64,000 nucleotides of DNA, from positions 18,104,001 to 18,168,000 of the forward strand of contig OZ249439.1 in NCBI GenBank assembly GCA_965235115.1, read 5' to 3'. The translations under genes and the position numbers were made by a program. The notes under the pieces are model-generated. The model saw only the letters and a program-made list of their open reading frames with translations. It made no database searches and was not told where the DNA came from. Positions 12,070-22,908 of this stretch are shown one piece after another; positions within the stretch are counted from its first letter, which is position 1, and the number at the start of each line of letters is the position of its first letter. Source of the DNA: Laetmonice hystrix (Eukaryota).

Positions 12070-12908
12070 AAAAAGGTTTTGGAGAGGTTAATAAAACGTT
12101 TTCCAAAACGTTTTGGGGAGGTTGGTGAAACGTTTTCCAAAACGGTGTCTATAATGTTTTGGAGAGGTTGGTGAAACGTTTTCCAAAACGTTTCCCAAAA
12201 CGTTGAGGAGAGGTTAGTGAAACGTTTTCTAAAACGTTTTCCACAACGTTTTGGAGATGTTAGTGAAACGTTTTCCACAACGTTTTCCAAAACGTTTTGC
12301 AGACGTTAGTGAAACGTTTTCCACAACGTTTTCCAAAACGTTTTGGAGAGGTTGGTGAAACGTTTTCCACAACGTTTTCCAAAACGTTGTGGAGAGGTTA
12401 GTGAAACGTTTTCCACAACGTTTTCCAAAACGTTTTGGAGAGGTTGGTGAAACGTTTTCCACAACGTTTTCCAAAACGTTGTGGAGAGGTTAGTGAAACG
12501 TTTTCCACAACGTTTTCCAAAACGTTGTGGAGAGGTTGGTGAAACGTTTTCCACAACGTTTTCCAAAACGTTTTGCAGACGTTAGTGAAACGTTTTCCAC
12601 AACGTTTTCCAAAACGTTTTGGAGAGGTTGGTGAAACGTTTTCCACAACGTTTTCCAAAACGTTGTGGAGAGGTTAGTGAAACGTTTTCCACAACGTTTT
12701 CCAAAACGTTGTGGAGAGGTTGGTGAAACGTTTTCCAAAACGTTTTGGAGAGGTTAGTGAAACGTTTTCCAAAACGTTTTCCAAAACGTTTTGACAACGT
12801 TTCCTAGAGTCCACACATTTACGTCTTCAAAACGTTTTAACACAACGTTTTACCAACCAACTCAAAACGTTTCTAAGACGTTTCTAAAACGTAGAATTGT
12901 TTACTGGG
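12070..12908. repeat. 46-bp subterminal tandem array (~16 units) ending in the transposon terminus
   Basis: Unit GGAGAGGTT(G/A)GTGAAACGTTTTCCACAACGTTTTCCAAAACGTT(T/G)T with three AACGTT palindromes spaced 12/12/22 bp. Dispersed AACGTT motifs continue to GTTTACTGGG (12908). Confidence 0.92.
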
Positions 12909-13113
12909 GATGTCCCATGAACTCTACTCCTTGGCGATGAAAGATGTACTGGAAGACAAGATAGATGCCGCTCTCCCAGTACTGGAGGAACATCAGGGTC
13001 TCATGCAAAAGTGTATCAAGGCTCCTTGGAGGGACTACATCAGTTGCCATGCCACCATTATTCAGTGTTACAGTCTCTCTGGAAACTGGGCAGCAAATCC
13101 CATTTCAGATTAA
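12909..13113 (+). pseudogene. orphan C-terminal fragment of a SMYD4-like paralog, cut off by the transposon
   Basis: SHELYSLAMKDVLEDKIDAALPVLEEHQGLMQKCIKAPWRDYISCHATIIQCYSLSGN aligns ungapped with the tail of 15670-17697 (SHDLYSKA..ALPALQGHLSLCQKLLLPPWRDL..QCFRLQGN), 24/58 identical. It begins at the element terminus. Confidence 0.85.
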
Positions 13114-14279
13114 ACGCAGTCACCTGTTTCATGGATTAGTTTTAGTCTTCAGCCCTGACCAGTCTTTATTATTTGTTCTATTCTATTGTATTCAATGTTT
13201 TCTACCTTTTATATCATTTTTCACATCTTTTAAAGAAGAAGTGGGAAGATATGAAACTCAACGTTTGGTATTTACTATTTTTCTGCTAATTATTAGTAGT
13301 GTAATGCTGTATTGCAACGAGCTATATTCTCTGAATAAGTTTGTTTCATCAATTGTTATATTAGTTTTAGTGTCATAATTATGCTTGATAAAGTCTTAGA
13401 GTCGAGTTTATGGTTGCCTTTCCATAGATTTAGTTTTGCTTGATTGAGAAATTTTGTTTTCTCTTTTTAGAGGGTCGTTTGTATTTTTTGTCCTTATAAA
13501 TATCGGTCTTTATACTGCCTTACTTAGGCACTTAGGTACCCAATAATTATTCTGCAGTCTCATTATTTTTCTCCCGATGTGTTCCGTTCAATACCAGTCA
13601 GTCACCGTACAAAAGTAATTTGTTCGTGAAGCGTCTAAAGCGAGCTTTGCTTCCACTGATTTCTGCACCTTAAACATTTCTTGAACTTCTCTTTGGAGTA
13701 AGTAACATTTACACTCAATGGACATTAGTTCGATGTTATTGCGTCAGTCTAAGCCAGGTCCGCTTTTCACTGCCATCACACTATTATATAGAAGCGGAAT
13801 TTCTTTTAGCGAGCTGTATGTTTTAACTTATGTCATTTATTTATCTTTTGTACACATTAGTAAAATCGGATGCAAAACTGCTTCTTTCGTTTACTTTGCT
13901 GCTTTTGTGATGTGCTATTCTTTGTGATGTGTTATTCTGTGTGGCTGAATAAAAAAACCTTGTTGATGTATAGGAAATATATGGGATTCAGTCTTTACTA
14001 CGGCGCCGCTAGAAAGAGAAATACCAGAAAATCCTTTGTCTTTGTGGGGCTACGCAGACCTGTACAACAAGTATGATGTAAATATGCGAATATGGGGGCT
14101 TTGACTGAGGGAGGAGGGATGCTTCCGCACTCCGGGCTGACTCCCATTATCGAGTATAGTCGACGTGCACCCGTCCATAAGCCCAGTCCCAGGGTGAGGG
14201 TGCAGGCATGTAATTTGACACTGACCCACACAGTTAAAAATACCGGGCCCCTCCAGGAAACTTAGTCCTTGCAGCAATC

Positions 14280-14320
14280 GTTGCCATGACTACGGAATCT
14301 CTGTGTCTGGAACGTTCTAG
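14280..14320 (+). promoter_or_regulatory. candidate promoter / non-coding first exon of the SMYD4-like gene, with RFX X-box-like motif
   Basis: GTTGCCATGACTAC (14280-14293), donor TAG|GTAGGT at 14321 and acceptor TTTCCTCCAG| at 15648, 21 nt before the ATG. Confidence 0.35.
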
Positions 14321-15496
14321 GTAGGTCAGTGAAGTCCTGTATAAAGTATAACCCAGATCTCCTCTAGATTAACCAGGGCACAGGGAGCCTAGGTCAGACT
14401 GGCAAGTTACCGGTGAGCGGGCAAGGCGGACTGACTTTGCGGACTCAGTTAAGTCACGGGTTTCTGGCCTGGGCTACATCTTCCCACGGAGACTTTAGGT
14501 GTTCACTTGGGATCAGGTATTTGTAATCATTTCGTTTAGCATGGTATGGCCGTGTGCATATGGAAACTGAAACCGGACTGATTTTGTGAACCCTACATAT
14601 TTATAAGTTTCCCTCGAGATTGAAAGTTCTCATGAATTTCTAACGCGTGATTTTTGTGGATGCTGATCGTATCTTTGGAAACGCACGCACTTTGTCAGAT
14701 AGGATATGAACGACGTTTAATAGTAGTTATGGTGTTCCTTTGGCATAGAAAATTAATTCTCCGTGGCTTTGTAGTTATTAAACACGGTTACACAAATACG
14801 GAGACCCAGAGATATGGATACGTTGATTCTCTTCCGTAGAGATAGTACAACGGTAGTACAAGTATAGTGGGGAGCTAGAGTAAAACCGAAATTCCAATTG
14901 GCAGCACGTCTATGAGTTTTATTCCTTGAAATTTTCAGTGAAACTTTCACTTCCGACAAAAGCTTCGACATAGAAATTGCCTTGACTACCTTTAGAGAGA
15001 GTAAGGGTGCAATGACATATTTTGACTGCTCATTTCGATATGACCATGGAGTTCCATATGGTGATGAAATTTCATGTCTTACTAATGACCTACTCATACC
15101 TTTCCGTCTTCCCCTCGCTCCCTTGTGGTTGTATTCAGTCAATTTCTAGTTGCCTTCCTTTGCTAACTATTCATACATTGTACGTAAAATGTTTTATTGC
15201 TATTAATAATGGTCGTTATGACTGTAATTGAAACTCCTATCCTATGTTGTGTCTAACGCGTGCATGTCGCTAAAACGTGGCATTCAAACACTTTAAAGTG
15301 ATATTACAACTACCATACAAGTCGTTTTAACTTACTATGCTAAAGTCACATCAAACTTTAAAATCTAACATCCAGCCTGTCATAGTGTGTGATCCGATAA
15401 GGGATATATCTTTTTCGTGAATTATTTATAGTTTACTAGTACAAGGTATTTGCTTCAGCAGTGTCACACTCTTGACATATACTGATGTTACGATCA

Positions 15497-15610
15497 ATGA
15501 TAGTAAGTTATTGCAGATAAATGACAGTAAGTTATTGCAGATAACTGATACTAAGGTATTGCAGATAAATGATACTAAGTTATTGCAGATAAATTATACT
15601 AAGTTATTGC
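15497..15610. repeat. 24-bp tandem repeat, ~4.7 copies
   Basis: ATGATAGTAAGTTATTGCAGATAA variants. Confidence 0.85.
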
Positions 15611-15669
15611 CCTGATGTCGGAATTCATAACTTGGCACTTTCCTCCAGGTAAACATTTAGAAGTTAACC

Positions 15670-17697
15670 ATGGAGGACACAGGTTTCATCGGGGAGAAGA
15701 TGGCGGAGGTCCTGGAGGAAATCAACGGGAAGATGACGAAGGAAGACACCGAAAAATTCTCCCTCCTCCAGACTGATGATCTTCGGGCCGAGTTTCTCCT
15801 CAACCAAACCATTGTGCATGATGCTCTGGTTTTTGAGGCAACCTATGAAAAGAAATCTCCTTCCAAAGCCAAGAGACTCAGGGAGGAGGGAAATGGACTT
15901 TTCAAAGGGAAAGAATACAGACGGGCAGTGGAAGTATACAACCAGAGCGTTATGGCGGCTCCTACCCCAGAAACAAGAGAAGTAGACATGGATGGAGACA
16001 GTTCTTTCAGCAGCTCAGCCCCGGAGAACCAGTTGTCACTGGCACTTGCAAACCGCTCGGCATCCTTGTTTCACCTCCAAAAGTACAAGCTATGCCTGAA
16101 TGATATTGACCTCGCTCTCCAGAACGGGTATCCTAAGGAACTACAGTACAAGCTATATGAACGAAAGGCAAAATGCTACATGCAGTTGAAAAATAGTGAG
16201 GAGGCAAGGGATAGCTTACAACGTGCCCATGAATTGCTGGCAATATCCAAACTGAGTGAGAAGGCCATTGCATCATGGAGAACCAGTCTGGATAAGTTGA
16301 TCAAACAATGTGAATTGATCATTGATGCCCCCAGTGAGAATGAAAGAGACTTTGTCCTACCTGTAGTGAAAGAGGCCAGCTCTAAGTACCCTCATGCTTC
16401 CAAAAGTGTTGACGTTCAATACAAAGCTGACGTGGGTCGTCACCTAATTGCCTCCTCCAACATAACAGTTGGCGATATGCTGATGTCCGAGAAGCCCTAC
16501 GTTGCCATCCTGTTGCCTCAGTTCTACGAGAATCATTGCTACTACTGCCAGCGCCGACTGCTGGTCGGTGTGCCGGACCATCAGTGTGCCATCCTCCTGT
16601 ACTGCAACAATACGTGCCGCCAGAACGCCTGGAACGAGTATCACAGCATCGAGTACGGCTTCCACAGTCTGCTCGGCCGGCCCTGGTGTGGCATCCTGGG
16701 TCAGTTGGTGTTCAGGATTGCCAGGAAGGTTGGCTATAAAAAGTTGATCACGTGTCACAACGACAGCGTAGCAACGCCAGTTAGTTACGATAACGGTGTG
16801 TTGAATGATGAGGGGATCTACGAGGACAGTTTTTATTCTATTTATAACATGGTGACCAACATCGAGAAGCGCGTTCCCGAAGGCCTGATAGACTTTGGTG
16901 TCACGGCAGTTTTCCTGACCAGACTATTGCAGCAGTGTGGGTACTTTGATGACGCCGACGTTAGGACAGATCTGGAGACCACATCCAACTCGGTACTGGT
17001 TACGGTGACTGGGGTGCTCCTTAGGCTGCTCCAGATTGCTCAGTGTAATTCTAAGGGCATAATTGAGCTGCTTCTACCGACGGACTTTGAAGATCCGAAG
17101 CCCACCGCGGTAGGAATGGGCATGTACCCGACGGTGGCTCTCATTAACCATTCCTGCGATCCCTCGGCTGTCACCGTCTTTCATGGTAACCAGGTAGTTG
17201 TCAAGGCAACCCGCAACATAAAAAAGGCCCAGGAAGCTACCATTGACTATGGTATGGTGTACTACCGTAACGTTCTTTCCCAGCGCCGAATGAATTTGAG
17301 CCTCAAGTACAGTTTTGACTGCAGGTGTTATGCTTGCGTCAAGAACTTACCCCTGTGGAGAGACCTTGATTGTGAGCTGCCTCCATGGCGATGTGAAGAG
17401 TGTGGCGCCGAGCTGAACGTCATCAAGGTGGTAGGGAACTCGTCTGTTCGCTGTGACAGGTGTAACCACCTTCAGGACCTCAACGAGTGCATGACCCTAC
17501 TGTCCACGTCCCACGATCTGTACAGCAAGGCGCTCGAGGAGGCCACCAAGGGTAACCTGGAGTGTGCCCTGCCGGCCCTGCAGGGCCACCTGTCTCTGTG
17601 CCAGAAACTGCTGCTGCCTCCTTGGCGGGACCTGGTCGCAGCACAGGCAGCCGTGTACCAGTGCTTTAGGTTGCAAGGAAATATAAGGCTGTTATAA
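15670..17697 (+). CDS. SMYD4: SET and MYND domain-containing protein 4-like lysine methyltransferase (single coding exon)
   Basis: 675 aa: N-terminal TPRs (AKRLREEGNGLFKGKEY..LALANRSASLFHL), SET-N (GRHLIASSNITVGDMLMSEKPY), MYND-type finger, SET-C (GMYPTVALINHSCDP..IDYG), post-SET FDCRCYAC and a C-terminal CxxC..CxxC. SMYD4-like; exact orthology not established. Confidence 0.9.
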   Translation: MEDTGFIGEKMAEVLEEINGKMTKEDTEKFSLLQTDDLRAEFLLNQTIVHDALVFEATYEKKSPSKAKRLREEGNGLFKGKEYRRAVEVYNQSVMAAPTPETREVDMDGDSSFSSSAPENQLSLALANRSASLFHLQKYKLCLNDIDLALQNGYPKELQYKLYERKAKCYMQLKNSEEARDSLQRAHELLAISKLSEKAIASWRTSLDKLIKQCELIIDAPSENERDFVLPVVKEASSKYPHASKSVDVQYKADVGRHLIASSNITVGDMLMSEKPYVAILLPQFYENHCYYCQRRLLVGVPDHQCAILLYCNNTCRQNAWNEYHSIEYGFHSLLGRPWCGILGQLVFRIARKVGYKKLITCHNDSVATPVSYDNGVLNDEGIYEDSFYSIYNMVTNIEKRVPEGLIDFGVTAVFLTRLLQQCGYFDDADVRTDLETTSNSVLVTVTGVLLRLLQIAQCNSKGIIELLLPTDFEDPKPTAVGMGMYPTVALINHSCDPSAVTVFHGNQVVVKATRNIKKAQEATIDYGMVYYRNVLSQRRMNLSLKYSFDCRCYACVKNLPLWRDLDCELPPWRCEECGAELNVIKVVGNSSVRCDRCNHLQDLNECMTLLSTSHDLYSKALEEATKGNLECALPALQGHLSLCQKLLLPPWRDLVAAQAAVYQCFRLQGNIRLL

Positions 17698-18816
17698 AGT
17701 ATGAACATGTTCCTATATGATTGAAGTTTTCATTAATGTACACTAATTACATAAAGAAAGAATATATGGAATATAATAACTATTTAGATTACTCAAAGTT
17801 ATTTGATAGGCCTAATAGGGCATAGGGCTAGTATAGTTATTTGCTCTTCAGAATTGCCCTTAACTTTGGAAATGAACGTTTACTGCATTGAATCCTCAAC
17901 CCTGGAGTAGTCCTCACAAATTGACGTACGATTATCATGTAGTTTCTTGAGTGAACCCCAAATACAAGCTCTTTACATTGAATGCCCTAAAATAAACTGG
18001 TGTACTTCATAATAGTGAACCCTACCGTTTAGGTAGATCATGCCAAGAATGTTAGTACCATACATAGTAATTAACCTCATTTTATAAGGGAAAAAACCTC
18101 GACTACGGCGAGAGGTTGCCCCTTCCGCCACCACTACGATGTATGATCCTATATTGGCTTTGGTTTGATTGGTAATCTACGAAATTAAATAAAGGTGAAT
18201 CTGAACCGAGAATGTTTGAGTTAGTTCCTTGCCTACTACAGCTAAATATTAAAGACACTCTAGATTATCTCTTAGTTCAATGACTCTAAAATGAAGACGG
18301 GCTGCTAGGTTAGATAAGGCCTTAGGTTGGCACTAAAATGTTATGCAGTTGGTTGCAGATCTTAGCTTAGATCTACCGTTGAAATCCCTATTTGCGCGGA
18401 GCAGTTGCCCGATGCCCAGTTCAGCAGTACGCGTAGCTCGATGTGCCGCCGAAAGGTGGCAGGGTAGTCGGAAGACTCGCGTCGTTCTGCCATATTTCGG
18501 CCTAGGTTAGGTCCATTGACACAACTCGCCATTTCCCATATTCCATTTAGCAGGCCGACATGTGCACCTTTTAATTGCGAACAAGAATAGGTCCTATGCC
18601 AATTTAACTGTAACCTATCCGGTAAAAAAGCCACTATCGACTTGTAGGCCTATAGGCCTACTTACGCCGTACTAATATAGCCTGGATCTAGATATCTACT
18701 AGTACATGTATTTGGGTTACAAACATGATTCCTGACTGAACGCAGAAGTTGCACTGACCGAATGGTCCTAAACGGGTCCACGTGTGTCTGTAGAGCCAAC
18801 CACTGTCACGTGCTCG

Positions 18817-18907
18817 CTGGTGTACACCAGACCCAAACTCCTTCCCATGAGCCTCTCGGTTCTCTCAAGTCGAGGCACGAAGAGGGTCATGGGAAGGTGT
18901 GCACCAG
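18817..18907. other. short palindromic/hairpin element
   Basis: CCTTCCCATGAGCCTCT (18840-) pairs with AGAGGGTCATGGGAAGG (-18897). Outer CTGGTGTACACC pairs with GGTGTGCACCAG. Confidence 0.7.
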
Positions 18908-19174
18908 ACCGCCAGCCCGACATTATTATGTTCGATACGGGACTCGTGCCAATCGCCCTTCTTTGTTATGCCAGTGTTAGCGTAAGAAATAGTGGCGCCC
19001 CCTGACGAGATGGCTAAAGACATTTATAATCCCATTGACGCCTTGGCAACGTGAAAAAAAGACACTAGGCCCTAAGTGGTTCATGGTAAATTGTCAACAC
19101 TTACGCTTTTTAAATTTATATAAATTTTCCGTATTAAAAATCAAGCAATCTCTCTCTTAGAACTGAAATCCTTA

Positions 19175-19425
19175 CATGGGTGTAGCCAGCTTTTTTCGAA
19201 AGGGGAAGGGGATGTCCACCTGGATGGAATAGTGCTAAGCTCTCCCTCCAGCGTCTTGAGGTCGGATTAATATAGGCCTACCTAGACTACCTGACGTGAA
19301 GCCCCGGCGTGAACTGTCTGGCTAAGAGCAGCTTGAACAGTTGATTGGACGTGCAATGGTTTAACTTTATAGTGCCCCGCCAAAGATTCGTCCGAACCCC
19401 TCCAACCCCTGGCTACACACCCATT
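19175..19425. mobile_element. possible MITE
   Basis: Imperfect TIRs CATGGGTGTAGCCAG / CTGGCTACACACCCATT; no clear TSD. Confidence 0.35.
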
Positions 19426-22225
19426 CCTGTGGAGCAGGTTTCTGCCAGCCAGTCCTGTGCAGGGTCCTACCCGTTGATTTCATCCGGTAACGGTAGGTGG
19501 CAGTTCAGTCGGGACGCGTTGGCGTCCTTTCTCATTCGGGCTTCACGTTTAGAACTGATATTGTAAACGTGCTATTTAAAGATATTTATTTCTGACTTCA
19601 AGAGAAATTTTAACTTTACTCGTATACATGTATTTCGCTCATTAAAACGCGTGTAAGGAACGCTTTTGGAAACAATTGGGAATGATAAATCAGCATACAG
19701 AACAAAAACCATCATGTTTAATAGGGACAATATCATAACATTAGACTTTATTATCATTACAGTTTCATGTGCATTTGCTCCTTTTAATGCATCTTCTTTT
19801 CAGTTGAATACAAAAAGACCTCGTGCTAACGACAGTTTTCAAGCCATAAATACAAGTTGCCAGTGGCGTGTTTCTCGGTCCTGCACTGGCTAATCGGCTC
19901 AGAGCTGTGTATCAGAGGCCGGGCACGCCTCCGAGTTAGGAGTTTGTCAAAAACACACAAAAACACCGTTTTCTTCCAGCAGAGGTCGACATTACCTCAA
20001 CTCTTAGTAGACAATGCATGCGTTTTAAGAGGCAAGGGAAAGTGTATAGTTGTCCTATTTCGCAAAAAAAGCTTCCAAGCACAATATTAACACTATATAG
20101 TTTCGAGAGTCATCTGTTTCATCTTCACATATCGCTGTACAGTTTCACTACAAATGGTATTTCAGTCAGTCATGTTGCAAGCATCACCACCGATAAAATA
20201 TCTTTCAGAGACAGGGATGAGTAAAATACTTATTATATATGCACTAGCACATTAAAATCCCATCTCTGATTTCCCATAGGACTGGACGACTTAAATTATA
20301 GACTTTTCTTTAAACCCCGACTCGCCATGCTGAGAGGATGAGCCCGCAGCGTGATAAAGTAGAAACATCGGGGCCTTAACTAGTTCCTTAAATTAATCTC
20401 ATAAAAGTCCACCGTATAATAACGTCCCTACAGTTTCCGACTCTTGAGGCACCACTGGTGAGAATAGGTTCTCGTTAAATCCTTATCTGTACAATATACA
20501 ATGTTTTATTATCACACCATGTGCTATCTTTTATCTACACTGAGAATTTCTCGTGGAAAATGTTTTACAAATAGAAAGATTGCAAAACAAATGCAAGTTA
20601 TAATAGTAAATGGCAGTTGCATCCTAATGTGGCATGGACTACACAAACAGAAAGGAGAATATTTTGACCGCAAACACTGTGTTTCATCATCCAAATGGCT
20701 ACCGCTGAATATTCAGTGAGTCACTTAATAGCATAGCACTTGCATTACTGCCGATGAACTTGAGGAAATTACCGTCATCACCAAGGGAGAGTTTGAACCC
20801 TAGTACTGTTTAAATGTGTCTAAGGTCTTACTGTTACATCTTTATCATAGCAAGGGACACGATGATAACACCCACTCAACAAATTTATTCTGAACCTTTA
20901 CTGCCTGCAGTCAGGTCATACTTTAAATGTTACCATAATCTTCCAGGACAAAAAGGCTGACAGTATGATATTATAAAACTAGCCATCAGCTATTACCAGA
21001 TTATGGACACCGTACCTCGAGATTTCAGACTTATTAAGCATTCCAATTTGGCAGGAATCGGCACAGTCCGGCCGGTTAACGGGTTTAAACCAAAGATTTA
21101 ATTTCCTGGTGTGGCCTGTGAAACCAAAATACTCTGGTTCAACGACAACCTTACTATGGCATCATCAGCTTGTAATTGGCAGCAATGGTTGTTTTGTAAC
21201 AACAAAGTTTGCCATTAGAATCACACATAGAAAAAACTGTTTCTACAGACACAAGCCAATTGTCCTTGTTCCGAGCAACATGTGCGGCAGGCAGCAAGAT
21301 ATCATTTACACACGCGCACTACTGACGAACACTACCCTTCTTACAACCATCCTTATCTCGACATGTCGGAAGGTTATTTACAGTCCATACACCAGGATTA
21401 ACACTATGTACAATGGGTTCCGTTTGTCGTCACTCTAAATGACTAATTCAATAGTTCATGATCTCTCTAAAACCTCTCGAGGCAGCCATCTTGAAAAGTA
21501 TTTTGGGCAATCCTAGATTGTTGATTTGTCAAGTGTTAACTCATATGAAATCAGCCCCGGCTGTCGTGGGTCGAGTGACGAGTACCGAGAGCGTACTCGA
21601 GGATAACTTGTGTTTGCTTCTGGTTGGTATTCTCTACAGTCTCTAGTACACGACTGTTCACCTTCCAGTCTACATGAGTCTTCACATAAAGCACCAAACA
21701 TTTCTCTCTTGTCGTCACACTAACGTTGTAACTCAATCAATTCTTACTAATACTGTACCATTCATCATCGCAAACAAACCGTTTCACGTGACATTTGTCC
21801 TCTGCTTTTGACGCCTAAATATCTCTCCTCGATTATAAGAATTACGTTTTAGTAATATTTCAATCGCATCACTCTGGTGAATACAACAATTCCAAATGCT
21901 CTGCCTTCGCTGTGTACATATTTGATCCAGCAAATCTTCACTTTACATAGTCTACATGGTATAGCACTGATCTGAAATCACAAAGCACTTTCCGATACGA
22001 AGCTCATGCATCTTACCATGCTTACTAAACGTCATCAGCTTGCAGCAGGAGTAAGATGATCATAGATCATAGCATCTATGTGAGTTCATGTGTCCACATT
22101 TCGGACGTTTTTACTACACTGTAACATCAGGTCAAGCCATGGCTAGGTCAAATTAATCAAGGTCCTTGGTCTTCCTTCAATTTGAATATTTCGCCCGAAA
22201 ATCTGCATCCATATCTTGAACAGTT

Positions 22226-22281
22226 GGCGACAAGTGGGTATCATGGCGACAAGTGGGTATCATGGCGACAAGTGGGTATCA
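22226..22281. repeat. 19-bp tandem repeat x3
   Basis: GGCGACAAGTGGGTATCAT x3. Confidence 0.9.
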
Positions 22282-22908
22282 CAGGAGGTTTTCCTTTCAA
22301 ATATATCTTTTGTTGACTGAGAGATGTAGCTCAATATCCCAGTGATGGGGGTTACGTCATTGGCCGTTACATATTGATGTCTGGTATCTTCAACACTTGC
22401 TTAGACTTTACTTCTCTGAATATCACATTAATCTCAGAGTTTTAAAGAAGGCACATTTAATGGGCCACGGCCGGCCTTTGTGGCATTGGCATGCTATACA
22501 AATAAATATAAAAAAAATCTTTCTGGATATCCAGACATTCAACTTCGCAAATTCTCAATTTGAAAGTCAATGGGTGCAGCACAGTTTTGCCAGCCGAACG
22601 TCTTGGCTTCAGGTGAAGTGACTATTTTTAAGGAGCAACCCTCGAAAGATCACGTCGTGTCAAGAGAGAAGAAGTCAGCAGATGGACCTCTGTGTGCCGG
22701 TGAATCAAGGTGGAACACAGACTCTTCCAAACGAGCGTCTTCTTCTAATATTAATAAATTCTGGCAGGAACTGCCAGATTAAATAGTCCATAATAGTCGT
22801 GCTTACTAAAATGAATGCTGCACTGCAGCATTGCCGGTTACTGAAACTTTACACTTTTATACACTTGGTCTGCACTATGGCCCCCTGGCGAGTGCCTGGG
22901 CGTCCCTC

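Larger units (their letters stand above)
3695..12908 (+). mobile_element. two-gene CMC/EnSpm DNA transposon (minimal extent; left end not located)
   Basis: Transposase, co-oriented accessory gene, AACGTT subterminal array and terminus GAATTGTTTACTGGG (reverse complement CCCAGTAAAC, a CCC-type EnSpm end). No CCCAGTAAAC left TIR was seen in 1-3695. Confidence 0.75.

Noticed and set aside
12066-12797. Six overlapping MENVVENVS.. ORFs
   Set aside because: Products of the 46-bp repeat; the unit is not a multiple of 3 and the same peptide appears in all frames.
12070-12800. CRISPR-like appearance of the regular repeat
   Set aside because: No unique spacers, no cas genes, eukaryotic context.
16444-16758. 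Overlapping ORFs within SMYD4
   Set aside because: Explained by GC-rich codon usage.
21000-21088. piggyBac-like end (..CCGGCCGGTTAACGGGTTTAA)
   Set aside because: No convincing partner TIR found.
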